From Eledone cirrhosa (taxonomy: Eukaryota): 64,000 nucleotides of DNA. The position numbers were made by a program, and so were the translations under genes. Positions 1-12,210 of this stretch are shown here, piece after piece. The notes under the pieces were generated by a model. The model was not told the origin of the DNA. It searched no databases and saw only the letters and a list, made by a program, of their open reading frames with translations. The DNA is taken from assembly GCA_964016885.1 (NCBI GenBank), contig OZ024744.1, positions 71,734,001 through 71,798,000 of the forward strand, read 5' to 3'. Numbering within the stretch: the stretch's first letter is position 1; the number at the start of each line of letters is the position of its first letter.

Positions 1-287
1 TAAAAAATAAAAATAGACAAAAGTCAAAACGAACGCAATATCAACAAACATATCAACAACATAAAACAAATAAATACAACAACAATAAACAATTGAAACA
101 TCACCTCTTCCCCGCCATATTGCCCCTCCCCCATACAGCCGTCACCAAAAGGATAAAAACAAAAAAAAAACAAAAAAAAAACAAACAGATAAAAAAAAAT
201 ATCAGAATAGAATGTATAAAAATAACAATAAAAAACATAAAAGAGACATTCATCAAGTATAAAAAAAAAAATGAATAAACAAAACAG

Positions 288-320
<33 letters not shown>

Positions 321-443
321 ATGTGTGTGTGTGTATGTATGTATGTGTATATATATATATGTATATATATATATTCATATAAATGTGTGTATATATTTGT
401 ATTTGTGTGTATATATATATTAATATATATACATATATATATA

Positions 444-488
<45 letters not shown>

Positions 489-595
489 TTATATATATAC
501 AGTTATTTGAAGCTATTAATTAACCTGGTTTTTTTATGTACCAATAACACCTAACATTTAGTACTTTTAGTAGCTTAGTTATAAAAGAGGCGAAC

Positions 596-636
<41 letters not shown>

Positions 637-765
637 TTCTCCCTAAATACTCAAATATACACACAAACGTATACAGATCAGTCATTCACAGACACATACA
701 CACACACGTATCCAAATATATATATATATATAATATATATATTATGGTATATATATATATATATT

Positions 766-808
<43 letters not shown>
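288..808. repeat. Compound (TA)n/(GT)n/(CA)n microsatellite region
   Basis: Directly visible dinucleotide tracts; they explain the YIYI/CVCV ORFs at 253-554. Confidence 0.95.
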
Positions 809-810
<2 letters not shown>

Positions 811-1074
811 GTGTTCTACATTGATGTATAATACGATATATTTATGTATAATAAACATCCTTCAGCTTCACTATGACTTTTTAATAAGCCGTGAATATGT
901 CCCTGCTATCGTAGCTACAAAGGGAGAGAATCCTGATGGAGCCGTATAATATGTGTGCCTTTTTATGTGTACATATGTATACATATAATAAAATTAAGAA
1001 AATAAACAAAAAGCGGACAACGAACGAAAAGAAAAAAAGCAAAATGAAAACACATTTTTTGAAGAGGAAATTTT

Positions 1075-1410
1075 TTTTAATAAGAAGAAAAACGAAAGAC
1101 AGAACACCAGATTCTTCAGCTGCCAAGATGGACTTTCTAGCAGTTTCAACTCCCACCAAATGTACTGCTGGTCCACCCCGGGTCAAAGCGACTGGCATAA
1201 ACCAAAGTGCTGTCCCTGGAGTGAAAGACAAGACAGAACAAAAACTTACAGCAATTAAGCAATAACAGGCATACATGGGATTTCATGTGACGACTTAGCA
1301 GAAGGTATTGTGCTTTTTATATAACGTAGACTCGTGAAGAACAGAGGTAAAGAAAGAGAAAAGAAAAAAGAAAGGAAAAAAGGCATGTAGAAGAAAGTAA
1401 GATGTATTAA
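1075..1410 (-). repeat. Unclassified interspersed repeat; a second copy in the opposite orientation lies at ~56625-56930
   Basis: The reverse complement of caattaagcaataacaggcatacatgggatttcatg...gaaggtattg matches caataccttc...catgaaatcccatgtgtacctgttatggcttaattg near 56730-56790. Confidence 0.75.
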
Positions 1411-1551
1411 AAATGTATTTCATTACGTATACATACGCACACGCATACATACACACAGGTACCTACCTACATACATACATACATACATACATACATACAT
1501 ACATACATACATACATACATAATACATACTTACATATATACATATTTATAT

Positions 1552-1752
1552 ATGGAACTGTTATTTTTATCTAAAAACATTTTTTCCAGTTCTACTCCGC
1601 CCGTAACTTCAATCTATCTTATTTCACATTCTTTCTTCTAATGAAGGACTAGTGTCCGAAACCTTAAGACCTTCTTCCTGCTATTTCAAGCGTTAACATA
1701 ATATATTCCTTTCATGTACTGTACCGATTGTGCTGTTATTACTGTTTACCTT
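1552..1752 (+). mobile_element. Solo pseudo-LTR fragment of a Neptune-like Penelope element (same family as 11730-11890)
   Basis: About 200 nt of inverted homology to 11730-11890, which lies downstream of a GIY-YIG remnant; contains an HHR motif. Confidence 0.75.
1634..1669 (+). ncRNA. Minimal type-I hammerhead ribozyme, family A (decayed core CTAATGA)
   Basis: TCTT-CTAATGA-A-GGAC(TAGT)GTCC-GAAA-CC-TT-AAGA. Consensus with the 11796-11831 copy restores CTGATGA and GAAACGTT. Confidence 0.75.
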
Positions 1753-1883
1753 TAAGCGCCGAAACATCTCTGATCTGCAGTTAACAGTTGATGAAGGGTT
1801 TCTTCTCTTGTTTCGTTCATATTATCATCTTAAACTTTGTTTACAGTAACCACACAGCCTGCTTCGTTTTTGTTGTAATTATG

Positions 1884-1919
<36 letters not shown>

Positions 1920-2233
1920 TGTATGTATGTATGTATGTATGTATGTATGTATGTATGTATGTATGTATGTATAATAAGGTTTTAGATCACTATCCAGTAA
2001 TTTCGATCTCGTTTACAATTTGCTAACAAAATTCATTTGGAGCAGACGCATAGGGTTAATTGTAAGACAACATTCCTAGCCAGAAGCCTAAGCTATGAGA
2101 ACAGTCTAATTATGGTATCAACTGGTCAACTTATGAAAACGTTAAAGTACTCACAATTTCATTAATTGAAACAGTCAATATCCTTGTAGCTTAGCACACA
2201 CAAATCCACCGGAATATAAAAATCCACGTCTAA

Positions 2234-2332
2234 ACTGGTACAGTACTGTTTCGAATTCCGTGGAGAATGCGCTAGTCATCGATTAATAATAAACCAATAA
2301 ACATCAAATTCTGGAAACTCTCATCAACCAGC
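2234..2332 (-). ncRNA. Type-I hammerhead ribozyme, family B, long stem II, within a ~500-nt non-coding unit (~1975-2490)
   Basis: Minus strand: GCTGG-TTGATGA-GAGTTTC...GGAATTC-GAAA-CAGTACTG-TA-CCAGT. Stems I and II pair; stem III is the palindrome ACAGTACTGT. Confidence 0.75.
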
Positions 2333-2505
2333 AATCCTTTAAAAGGATTCCCAAAATCCACCTTATTACTAAATTTTCTATCCATATCTGAGGCTTTCAA
2401 TTATCTTTTTTTTTTTATAAACATACCGTATATCTTTAGATATACGAAATTCATAAATACATATTTGTATACAGCTATGTCGAAGCCAAATTATAATTAT
2501 ATATA

Positions 2506-2622
2506 TGAGTTCAAATCCCGCCGAGGTTAACTTTGCCTTTCATCCTTACGGGGTGGATAAAATAAAGTACCAGTAAGACACTGGGATAATTGCTGGCCTT
2601 GTGCCAAAAGTAGAAACAATTA
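2506..2622 (+). mobile_element. 5'-truncated tRNA-derived SINE (main family)
   Basis: B-box gagttcaaatccc, core gcctttcatccttacgggg..gataaaataaagtacc, tail ggccttgtgccaaaagtagaaacaatt; flanking duplication attataattatatat. Confidence 0.9.
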
Positions 2623-2982
2623 TAATTATATATATATATATATTGAAAATTAAATTAAGGGTTGTCATGTCTGAGAGACATGCACCATATCCACTGCAGA
2701 ATAAGCTCCAAGATTCCAATCAATAGATCCGAGCATTTTATATCAACTAGAAATAGATTGACATATATATATAAAATAAACATATAAACATATGAAACAA
2801 TCTCAGGGAATAATTTGAAAAGTGTGTAAGCACACATAGCTAGGTAGGTAACCAATTAAAGTTTAACTAGAACTTCAAATATAGATACCTTTTAAAATGA
2901 TTAATCTCCTTTGTATATATTTCTTTAAATAAAAAATATATTTCACCAATTAATCGGTAAATTTCAGTAGTCAAATCCCGGA

Positions 2983-3013
<31 letters not shown>

Positions 3014-3621
3014 GTCGATCGATGACGATTCAGTTATCCTTCGTTTACAAATTCTAGTTAAACGATTTGGTTTTTGATGCTGCGAGAATTCTTTTGTTGT
3101 CTCTCCCGAAAATAACCACCGAAAAAATTTCAACTAGTGGACTTCCTCTTTTGTCTAAAGTCACATGACTACAGACTGGATTACTGCTACAATGATACAG
3201 GCAGTGGGAAATTCTGGGGGTACAGCTGAAGTTTTAAAAAATAAAAGACAAAACCATCGGAAGAAGGAACTCCTGTTCGAGCGTGGAAGTACTTATGTAT
3301 TATATCTATATGTATTACTTGTGCATTATATAACTTGTTATGTAATTTCCGGGAGTTCCAGAAATCTATCGTAGATTTTATCGATTATATCGATTTTAAT
3401 CAATCGGAGATGGTCCAGGTATGAAAATCCTTTTTGTATAGATCGTCATTTTGATGTATGTATAGTTTGTGCCTTCGGTCGGTTATCTTGGTGTCACATT
3501 TTATAACTACGGTGTTCAACTCTGGACTTAATGTTTGTTTTGAACTTTCGATCCATCGATTGCTTCAAAAGAAATCGAATCGTATAGGCTGTACTGCAGA
3601 TAATTTTCAATTAACAAATAT

Positions 3622-3652
<31 letters not shown>

Positions 3653-3654
3653 CA

Positions 3655-4085
3655 GGTCGCTCTCGAGTGCTACTGGTAACATGTAACCCAATATAACCTG
3701 TCTCATGGTCGGGTCGTCGGCGACTAAACCGCCAACCCCACCAAGCTTGCTTGGTGAGGAGGGTGATATTTGGACACCCTGTGGGATGAAATACAAGACC
3801 CGGAAAAGGGCGGAAGAACTCAGCAAATAATAGTTTATTTGTTTGTTTTTTGTTTTTTTTTCACCTGGGTGTGAAAGAACCCAGTTGTTGTCACCACACC
3901 TTTCTACGGGAGGAAACTGAAAAAAAAACCCCTGAGGTTTCGGAAGCATCCGATGATGTTGACCAGTTCTCCTTTTCGGGTAATGTTTTCAATGCTCAGA
4001 GAGTGGGATTGGTCGAGTGCAAGGCCTTTCCCCACTTAAAAAACCTTCAAAGCACAGGCATTACTTGTTCAGGATATGTTACAGG
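3655..4085 (+). repeat. Unclassified interspersed repeat, possibly an RTE-type LINE 5' region; related to ~10560-10780
   Basis: Both sites share gagagtgggattg..agtgcaaggcctttc..cacttaaaaaa.cttca.agcacag. Confidence 0.5.
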
Positions 4086-4240
4086 TTTGTGTGGCTGGCT
4101 AGCCTAAAAGTACACTAAACTCTATAATTTGACATGCGATTACAGTACTCCAGCCAGAGTTTGCAGCCATCATATATATATATATATATATAATTACAAT
4201 GTGCTTATAAACCAAAATTAAAAGTTCAATATATTTAATC

Positions 4241-4341
4241 ACTGACAATTGTTTCTTCCCATAGTCGTATACCTCCAATAGCAACTTATTTTATTTAACA
4301 CTTTGTTATTAGTTAGCATGAACCATAGGAATCATCAGAGT
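4241..4341 (-). ncRNA. Type-I hammerhead ribozyme, family C, intact core, long stem II, within a (TA)n-flanked ~460-nt unit (~4192-4650)
   Basis: Minus strand: ACT-CTGATGA-TTCCTATGG...CTATGGGAA-GAAA-CAATTG-TC-AGT. 9-bp stem II, palindromic stem III, GUC cleavage triplet. Confidence 0.85.
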
Positions 4342-4781
4342 TTACTTAAAATCCCAAACGATTAAAACAATATTAAAATAATTCATTTAAGAACAACAGA
4401 TAACATATATCACTTACCTAACTAAATAGCAGGTCAAAATAACAGGGTGTCAGATGTATTATAATACTTAAATATTATTTGGAAGAATAGCAATTTTCCA
4501 ATAATAAATTGGAAGTTATACAATTTTATCAAAACAATATTCATAGATTGTAAAAATAATCCATCGAAGTTAATAGGGTTAAAGTTGAACATTTTTAATG
4601 CAGACTTAACATTATTTCTGGAAACATGAAATTATACGGAATGAATATATACATATATATCAATGTTTAATATATATATATATAATTTATTGAGACAACC
4701 ATCTACAAAACGCGCGTAACAGGTTGATACACGATAGAAACGTAAATTTATCTATATCTATCTATCTATCTAAATATCTAT

Positions 4782-5670
4782 CGCGAGGCGAGCCTTCCCA
4801 CGACTCGTCTCGCTGACCGAACTGCAGTCCTGGGTCAAGCAAAGACCGAGGAAAATGGGCGACTAGCACATAGAATGTCCTCTGGAAAACGGACTCGGCG
4901 ATCAGTGGAGTCTCCTCTTCGTCATTCTATAGAGGGTTGGTCTGCAGTAAGTGCGACGACGCTCTCGGAGAAACTCTAGGCGTAGAGGAAGACGAACTGA
5001 CCAGTCTGTTCGGTAGGACCTTCCGCCCGGGACCAATGGACAACTTCTAAAAGTCCTTGGCCTGACAGTGCTACCGAGGAGCTCTACCAGTTCGAGACAA
5101 GCTCTACAGACACGGGCATCCGGGCAGGAACCTTCGAAAAAGATCTGTCCGAGATGCGAGCGCGACGAGGAAACCGTCGCGCACGCATTTGTACACTGCC
5201 TGGGCGTTACCGACATGTGGGGCTATGTAGAACGACTATTGTCGCGGGTGGGACCAATCCAGTTGACCACCGAGTCCATTGTCATGATCAAACCGCCACC
5301 CTCCTTCAAGAACGAGGGAGCGGCGGTTTTCTTATGTGTTATGGCCATGGTGAAAGAGGTTATATGGTGGATGAGGTTAAAAGGACTGAGGTCAGACACC
5401 TTTCTCTCCGGCGAACAACTGATTCGTTTTTTCAAGCCTGTAGGTTGAGGAAAAAGAGGAAATGAGGAAGAGAGTACTCGCTCTTGGTGCTCCTGGAGAT
5501 GAGGGTTGTACATTTTTTCGGGGTGTGTACAACCCGTGTAACGCCTCCCTCCTATTGGGGATTTCAATTGTTATTTGTTATTTTATTAATAGTTTTATTT
5601 TCATATACCTGTATGTAAACTCCCAATTTGTATTTGTCCCCTTCTTTTGTGCTCTTATGGCTAATAAAAC

Positions 5671-5675
<5 letters not shown>
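4782..5675 (+). mobile_element. 5'-truncated Tx1/L1-clade LINE, family B, 3' end
   Basis: ORF2 C-terminal zinc-knuckle region CPRCERDEETVAHAFVHC, 3' UTR with AATAAA. Preceded by (TCTA)n and followed by (TC)n. Closely matches 38325-39340 on the minus strand. Confidence 0.9.
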
Positions 5676-5736
<61 letters not shown>

Positions 5737-5886
5737 TTATATATATATATATATATATATATAGTTATGGAGCTGACTCCATTATGATCTGCTCATCAAA
5801 CTGGTGATTCAACAAAAAATAAAGTGTTTATAGTGATCGGTAAAATGTTGAGTATATATAAACATCGGCCATATTTTTCGGCAGAG

Positions 5887-6215
5887 AGACTAAGCTTCGC
5901 GATTACCACCAACAAAGCTCAGAGTCAAACCCTAAAAGTGGCTGGCCTTCATCTGGGCAAACCATGCTTCTCCCATGGTCAATTGTATGTAGGATGCTCC
6001 AGGGTGAGTTCGCCAAACAATCTCTTCAGCTTTGCTCCGGAGGGCAGAACAAAAAATATTGTATACTCTGAGTCTCTAACAATGTAATTTATGTATTTTC
6101 TGTTACTTTGAATTTCCATTATGGTTGTACAAATTATTGTAAAGTTTGTTAAAAAATGTGTTCTCTGTTCAGCCTTTATTGTTGTAAGTATCAATTTTTT
6201 TTAACGTACTGGCTG
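5887..6215 (+). mobile_element. Helitron fragment: C-terminus of the Pif1-like helicase plus downstream sequence
   Basis: Translation LSFAITTNKAQSQTL...PCFSHGQLYVGCSRV...TKNIVY matches Helitron helicase motifs V/VI; second copy at 43449-43767. Confidence 0.85.
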
Positions 6216-6554
6216 CTGAACTGGGGAATCCTATAAACTATTCAAACCCAACATCAGAGCACGTTAACCCCCTCCCCCCGCTGACTTGAGAGGGCGTGCG
6301 GTATCTTTGCACTGAAGTGGAGGGGGAATCCTGAAAAGATAAAATGCCGGTATACCTTGCCGGGCGCCAGCCGGACGGGTCAAACAGTATGGATGTGTGA
6401 AGACCGGAAGGGTCAGCCCCATGACTCCACAATGAGGCATTGCCAGAGGGACAAAATAATGTTCAAAACAGGACTCACATTCTGAATCACATATCGTCTT
6501 GCTCTGAGAAATATGTTTAGAAAATATAGCTGAGATTGATGGTGGATCTCCGTC

Positions 6555-6740
6555 GATTTACAGTGACACGGCTGGTGAAAAGGCTGGCCATTTCAATTAC
6601 AGGTACAAATAATTTTTTCCAGCTGAGTGAACTGTAGCAACATGAAATAATGTGTTGCTCAGGAAATTAATGCATCGCCGATAATCGTACTCACGAACGT
6701 GAGCCAAACATGCCAGCCACGAAGCCTCGTGCGTTCACGG
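6555..6740 (-). mobile_element. Decayed SINE, second family
   Basis: Similar to 10140-10330 (aattacaggtaca...ccagctga.tg.actg.agcaac.tgaaataa). Confidence 0.65.
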
Positions 6741-7011
6741 ATGTGGTAGATTTCATAAAAAATGTTTTATGTTCTTTTTATTTTCTACATATCACAAAAC
6801 ACAAACCTCTAACGGCCTTAGTAGTACGGTAATTCAATGTAGTTAAAGAGCGTAAGTTTACTTTCAATATTTTATAAAACATTTCAATGAGTCAGAAATA
6901 ATGACTGCATATATATGTGTTTATGTGTATGTGTGAGAACCTGTATAAAAATGAGATAGAGATAGATAGATAAATAGAGGGAGAGAAAGCGAGCGAAAGA
7001 GAGCGAGTGAT

Positions 7012-7043
<32 letters not shown>

Positions 7044-7090
7044 GGGGAGAGAGATAGAGAGAGAGGAGTGAGAGAGCAGGGTGAGAGTGA

Positions 7091-7128
<38 letters not shown>

Positions 7129-7580
7129 AAGGGAGTGAGCGAGATCGACATAGAAAGAAAAAGGTGTGTTAGAATGAAAACTGGAATACACGAAAGGTGT
7201 CGGAGAAAAACATATTCATAAGAAAAAGTTTCAAACGCACTGTAGAACAATGCTATGCAGATGTTATTAGAATAAAGTAGTTTTGTGTAAAAATAAACAA
7301 TGTTGCTAACAGAGACGAGGACATATGTTGATGCCCTAAGGATAGACACTGGTCTCTAGGAGACGCAGGACATGGCGGCGATGATGAAGGACAGAGACTG
7401 CTGGAGAGAACTCGTCCATGGATTACCTACACTAGATAGATAACTAAAATAAACTCCCATTATCGAAAAAAAAAAACAATACCCCCCCCCCCCCCCCCCC
7501 AAAAAAAAAAAAAAAAATCATGAACGACAAAATATTTCACCTGGCTGCAAGTATGTTGTCAAATTATCCACCTTCTAGAT

Positions 7581-7926
7581 CATGGGTGTGCAACATATTC
7601 CATTGACTGGCCACTTTTGAACATTGGAACAACTATTAGGGCCAGTTACTATCAAAAATATGTAATCTAATGAAAACCAGTGAATTGAGTCATAAATACA
7701 TTGTGAATACATTCTTAAACAATAAAGATAAATAAAATATAATTTAGTTTTATTAATGTGAGACTTGGTATTTGGTATAGGTCAACTAACAGAAAATTGT
7801 ATTACGGTTGCGAAAAAAATTCTAAATAAGCCTACAAGGTAAAAATTAAAAACGGTAATCGCGGGCCACTTTGATTGGTCTGGCGAGCCAGATTGTGGCC
7901 AGCGGGCCGCCTGTTGCACGCCCTTG
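7581..7926. mobile_element. Non-autonomous hAT-like DNA transposon (MITE)
   Basis: Terminal inverted repeats CATGGGTGTGCAAC / GTTGCACGCCCTTG, subterminal gcgggcc repeats, imperfect 8-bp TSD ttctagat/ttcttggt. Confidence 0.7.
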
Positions 7927-8504
7927 TTCTTGGTGGTTGGAAAATCATTGAGTGAAAACGATCAAACCAATACGAAAGTTGAATGGTGATTTAAATATAC
8001 TCAGGTGGGTGAATGGTATAGATAGCCAGTTGGCAAAGCACCGACATAATCATATCATATATGCCACCCGTAAGATGAAAATAAAATCTTCAGATTGGGT
8101 GCGCTTTCATAAAATATACTACAAGTACTACAAAATATATTAAGAAGCGTATGACTTAGGATTCGTAACAACTACATTCAGCAAACACCAAACTAACGAA
8201 GAGTCTTTTAAACGGTCACTTGATCTGCTAGAAATAGCAATCAGATATACTTCAAACCGACGGATATATTGAACAATCTAATCCACGATATAGAAAAATA
8301 TAACGGGATAGTCAAGGGATTTCTCGATATTAGCTGATATAAGCTAAAAACAACATATTGGCAAAAAAAAGGATATATTATTTAAAGGAATTCTAGCGGT
8401 ACTGCGCACTGATGCCAAAAGATGAACCCTACACGTTTACATCCATCCGTCATGATAGAAGATCTTATGCTCTTTCAAAGCAACATCTGATCTACACATT
8501 CTAG

Positions 8505-8806
8505 CGGTATTTTGTGGCATAGAGTTATGGTCCTCTACATTCTGAGTTCAAATCCCGATATGGTTAGCTTTACCTTTCAGCCTTATGGGATCGATAAAGT
8601 AATGCACTGGGGGCGATATAGTTTGGGTCAAATCTATATATATACTTTATTTTTAAGAGTAGAAATAAATGAATATGAGATAAACCAAATATTGCTAGAT
8701 TAAACTCTGCTATAAAAAAAGCCCCTTATGGGGTCGATAAAATAAAGTACCAGTAATGCACTGGGGTAATTGCTAGCCTTGTGCCAAAAGTAGAAACATT
8801 TATTAT
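8505..8806 (+). mobile_element. Two partial copies of the main SINE (8505-8615, 8722-8806)
   Basis: B-box and core in the first copy; core and tail in the second. Confidence 0.8.
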
Positions 8807-9163
8807 AAAGTAGAAACAAGTATTTATTGAGCAAAATCTACACACAGCAAATATACTCACCTATCTGTGATATTTACAACATATTCAACTCAAAGCCATC
8901 TAACCAGGTTATAAAAGGGTAATAGGAACAGAGGTTGTTTCAGGGACTCTTGTAACAGGCAACGATTTCAGAATCGGGTTGATAAAGAAGAGATGACATT
9001 GTTTGACTAAAAAAAGGAACTTTATACTTTTTTTCGTAACAGGTATTTAAAAGAAGTTATTTTTTTTTATAGTAGTAATCTCACTTTACAATTATCAAAC
9101 GTTTGCGTAACCGTAGAACATATTATCTTGTCTTTGAAAGACTGTTATTATACAATCATACTA

Positions 9164-9386
9164 GGGCGGTGGATTAGTAGTAGTATCGGTAGATCGTCAG
9201 ACAACTTGTTTTGTGACATAGAGTTATGACCATTTACATTTTGAGTTCAAATCTCGCCATGATTATCTTTGCCTTTCATCCTTACGGGATCAATAAAATA
9301 AAGAACCAGTAATGCACTGGAGACGATTTAATCGACTTTCAACTTCCACCAAAATTGTTGGTCTTGTGCAGAAATCAGAAACCATT
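9164..9386 (+). mobile_element. Full-length older SINE copy with ~17-bp TSD
   Basis: tRNA head, core, tail gtcttgtgcagaaatcagaaacc; flanked by attatacaatcatacta / attatataatcatacta. Confidence 0.85.
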
Positions 9387-9460
9387 ATATAATCATACTA
9401 TAAAGTACCTACATACTCACGAACAGGCACAAATAGACATACACAGTGTATAGTAGACGT

Positions 9461-9795
9461 AGGCGGCGAATTGGCAGAGTCGTTAGAACGTCGGATAAAA
9501 TGTTTTGTGGTATTCATTCCGACTCTCTGCTCTTGGAGATCAAATCCCGCCGAGGTCAACTTTACCTTCATCATTTCGAGGTCGATAAAAAAGTACCAGT
9601 CTAGTACTGGGGTCGATTTTACTTCTATATCTCATTCTCATTTCCTTTCTTTCACTTTCTCTGGAAGAAATCTGCTGTACGCAGGCCTGGATGGAGAGGG
9701 ATGGGTTCCGGCAGACTTAAAAGGTCGAAGAAACACCGTGTGTCAAGAAAGCGCCCCTACGACTCTATCAGATGTTACGTTACAATACAATACAT
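9461..9795 (+). mobile_element. SINE variant: same head and core, different 3' tail ending in (TACAA)n
   Basis: Head and core as in the main SINE, then ctggaagaaatctgct...ggagagggatggg...cgactctatcag; same composite on the minus strand at ~48580-48920. Confidence 0.75.
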
Positions 9796-10004
9796 ACTCT
9801 TTTACCTGTTTCAGCCATCCGGCTGAGGCCATGCTGGGGCACCGCCCTATATATATATATACAGTAGAAGTAAGATCTTGACAAGAACCGAGTTAACACT
9901 AATAAGGTTTCGATTTTTGTTCATAACAATTTACTTTCAGTTTCATTGCTAATACAAAGAGTCACTACATTCAAATTTTTATCCTCAGCTTATATTTATT
10001 TTAA

Positions 10005-10332
10005 TAACTGGCACTCCGTCGGTTACAACGACTAGTGTTCCAGTTGATACGATCAATGGAACAGCCTGCTCGTGAAATCAACGTGCAAGTGGCTGAGCAT
10101 TCCACAAACACGCGAAACCTTAATGTAGTTCTCAGGGAGATTCAGCGTAACACAGAATGTGACAAGGTAGACCTTTTGAATTACAGGTACAACACATTTT
10201 TGCCAGCTGACTGCACTGGAGCAACGTGAAATAAAATGTCTTGCTCAAGGACACAACGCACCGCTGGGAATCGAACTCGCAACCTTATGATTCTGAGCTC
10301 AATACCCTAACTACAAAGCCATGCACCTTCAC
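10005..10332 (-). mobile_element. tRNA-derived SINE, second family
   Basis: Minus strand has a tRNA-like head (ggctttgtagttagggtattgagctcagaatcataaggttgcgagttcgattccc), then tgtgtccttgagcaagacattttatttcac. Confidence 0.8.
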
Positions 10333-11795
10333 ATATTAATTTTAGCTCCATATTTTATATTTCAACGTCATTGGTCATAGGTTTCCAACGATCCAATCGT
10401 TGCTAGACAGAACTTCTGATAGCATGAGTGGCAATAGAAAGTCCAATCCGATGCTAGCAACTCCGATCGTGAAGCGATAGTGGGGAAGGGAGCTTACTTT
10501 AAATTCTACACAAAGACACGATTTGGTGCCCGAGTGCGTGGTTAGCCCACAGGCAGTAAGCGACTCCTAGTTCTTGATAGGACATCATTCTATGAGGAAG
10601 AAAACTCTGATTTAAAACCTGTAACCCGATAGCAACCAATGATATTGGCCTGTTTTCTTTTTGGGTGCCTGTCATCATCGCTTAGAGAGTGGGATTGATT
10701 CAGTGCAAGGCCTTTCTTCACTTAAAAAAGCTTCAAGCACAGACATCAGTTCGTATAAATGACTTTCACAGGTATGGCGAAATTGTTGAAGACACCTTGT
10801 ACAATTAGAAATGGTATATAAAACCAGACCTGCACGTTTCTTTCTCCAAATGCAAAACACCTTGATACAAGTGGTTGCCAAACATGTTATAAAGAAAATG
10901 TCGCGCTCACTTTAAAACGAAGCACAGAAATATTTAATTGAAATAGAAACTCTGCCGATGGATGTCTCAAAAATCCTCAATGCTCCACACTAACTGCCTT
11001 TAAGTGATAAAACTCTGGATTATAACTATTTCTGTGTGTGCGTGTATGCGTGTATGTGTGTATATGTGCATGTGTCTGTATGTGCAGGTGTGTGTAATTG
11101 CTTGTGTGCAGTCGTGCATTTCTCTGTTCTCCGTGCACTGTCATTTTGTAAGCATAAGTTTAGATTGCCTGCCTGAGTACGATCTCAGTGAATGCAGGTC
11201 TATAAGTTCACAACTTGCATTGGTTGGTATTGAATTAATCGAGAACTACTTATTTTTCGACGAAACAATTTAAGAAGCTAACTCTAAAGAAGCAATGCGT
11301 TTTTGAATGAAATATTTCTCCGGCGAACAGGACTGAAACATGGTTTGTAACTTAACTTAATACCACCGCCAATATCTTACATGTTTTTTTAATCTTTTAG
11401 TATATCCTGTTGCATTCATTTGGATCATATCACTGGTCTGAGAATAACTTCCACCCACTTTTCTAGGAGCCATGAATGCATTGGCATGGGCGCTGGCCTT
11501 CCGTCTAGCTTTAGCGATATAACGGTTACATTAAACAGTCATATAGCATAGGATAGGGAGAGAGAGACGAAGAGAGCGTGTGTGTATGAAAGAGAGCGAG
11601 TGAGAAAGCGAGAGTGAGAGAGAGAGGTAGAGAGGGCGCGAGAGAGAGAGATAGCAGTATGGATAATGAGATAGGGGAAGTGATATATATGTGTGTGTGT
11701 GTATGTGTGTGAAAGGTAAATAGAAATAACAACACAATCGGTACAGTATATGGAAGGGATATATTAGGTTAACGCTTGATATAGCAGGAAGAGGG

Positions 11796-11831
11796 TCTTA
11801 ACGTTTCGGACACTAGTCCTTTATCAGAAGA
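11796..11831 (-). ncRNA. Minimal type-I hammerhead ribozyme, family A (core CTGATAA)
   Basis: Minus strand: TCTT-CTGATAA-A-GGAC(TAGT)GTCC-GAAA-CG-TT-AAGA; palindromic AACGTT stem III. Confidence 0.8.
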
Positions 11832-12037
11832 AAGAATGAGAAATAAGATAGATTTGAAAATATGTCTTTAGATAAAAATAACAGGTCCATTCATGTTGAC
11901 ATCTCTTGCAAAACTGTTGGTGCTGGCGTTTTGTGTATGATTTATTTTTAAGAAAAGTGGATGATGGGGCGCGTCTACCTGAAATGGAAAAAAACCGTTT
12001 TGTAAAATGAACTACTCTCGAGCACGTGCGTAAGCAT

Positions 12038-12210
<173 letters not shown>

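Noticed and set aside
253-554. ORFs of [16 protein letters not shown] type here and throughout the window
   Set aside because: They are translations of dinucleotide microsatellites, not genes.
1105-1150. Minus-strand GAAA...GTC...CTGAAGA resembling a type-II hammerhead
   Set aside because: Stems I and II do not pair convincingly, and the homolog near 56870 lacks the motif.
1755-1800. GAAA...TC...TTGATGA permuted hammerhead-like pattern
   Set aside because: Stem pairing is poor and there is no second copy to support it.
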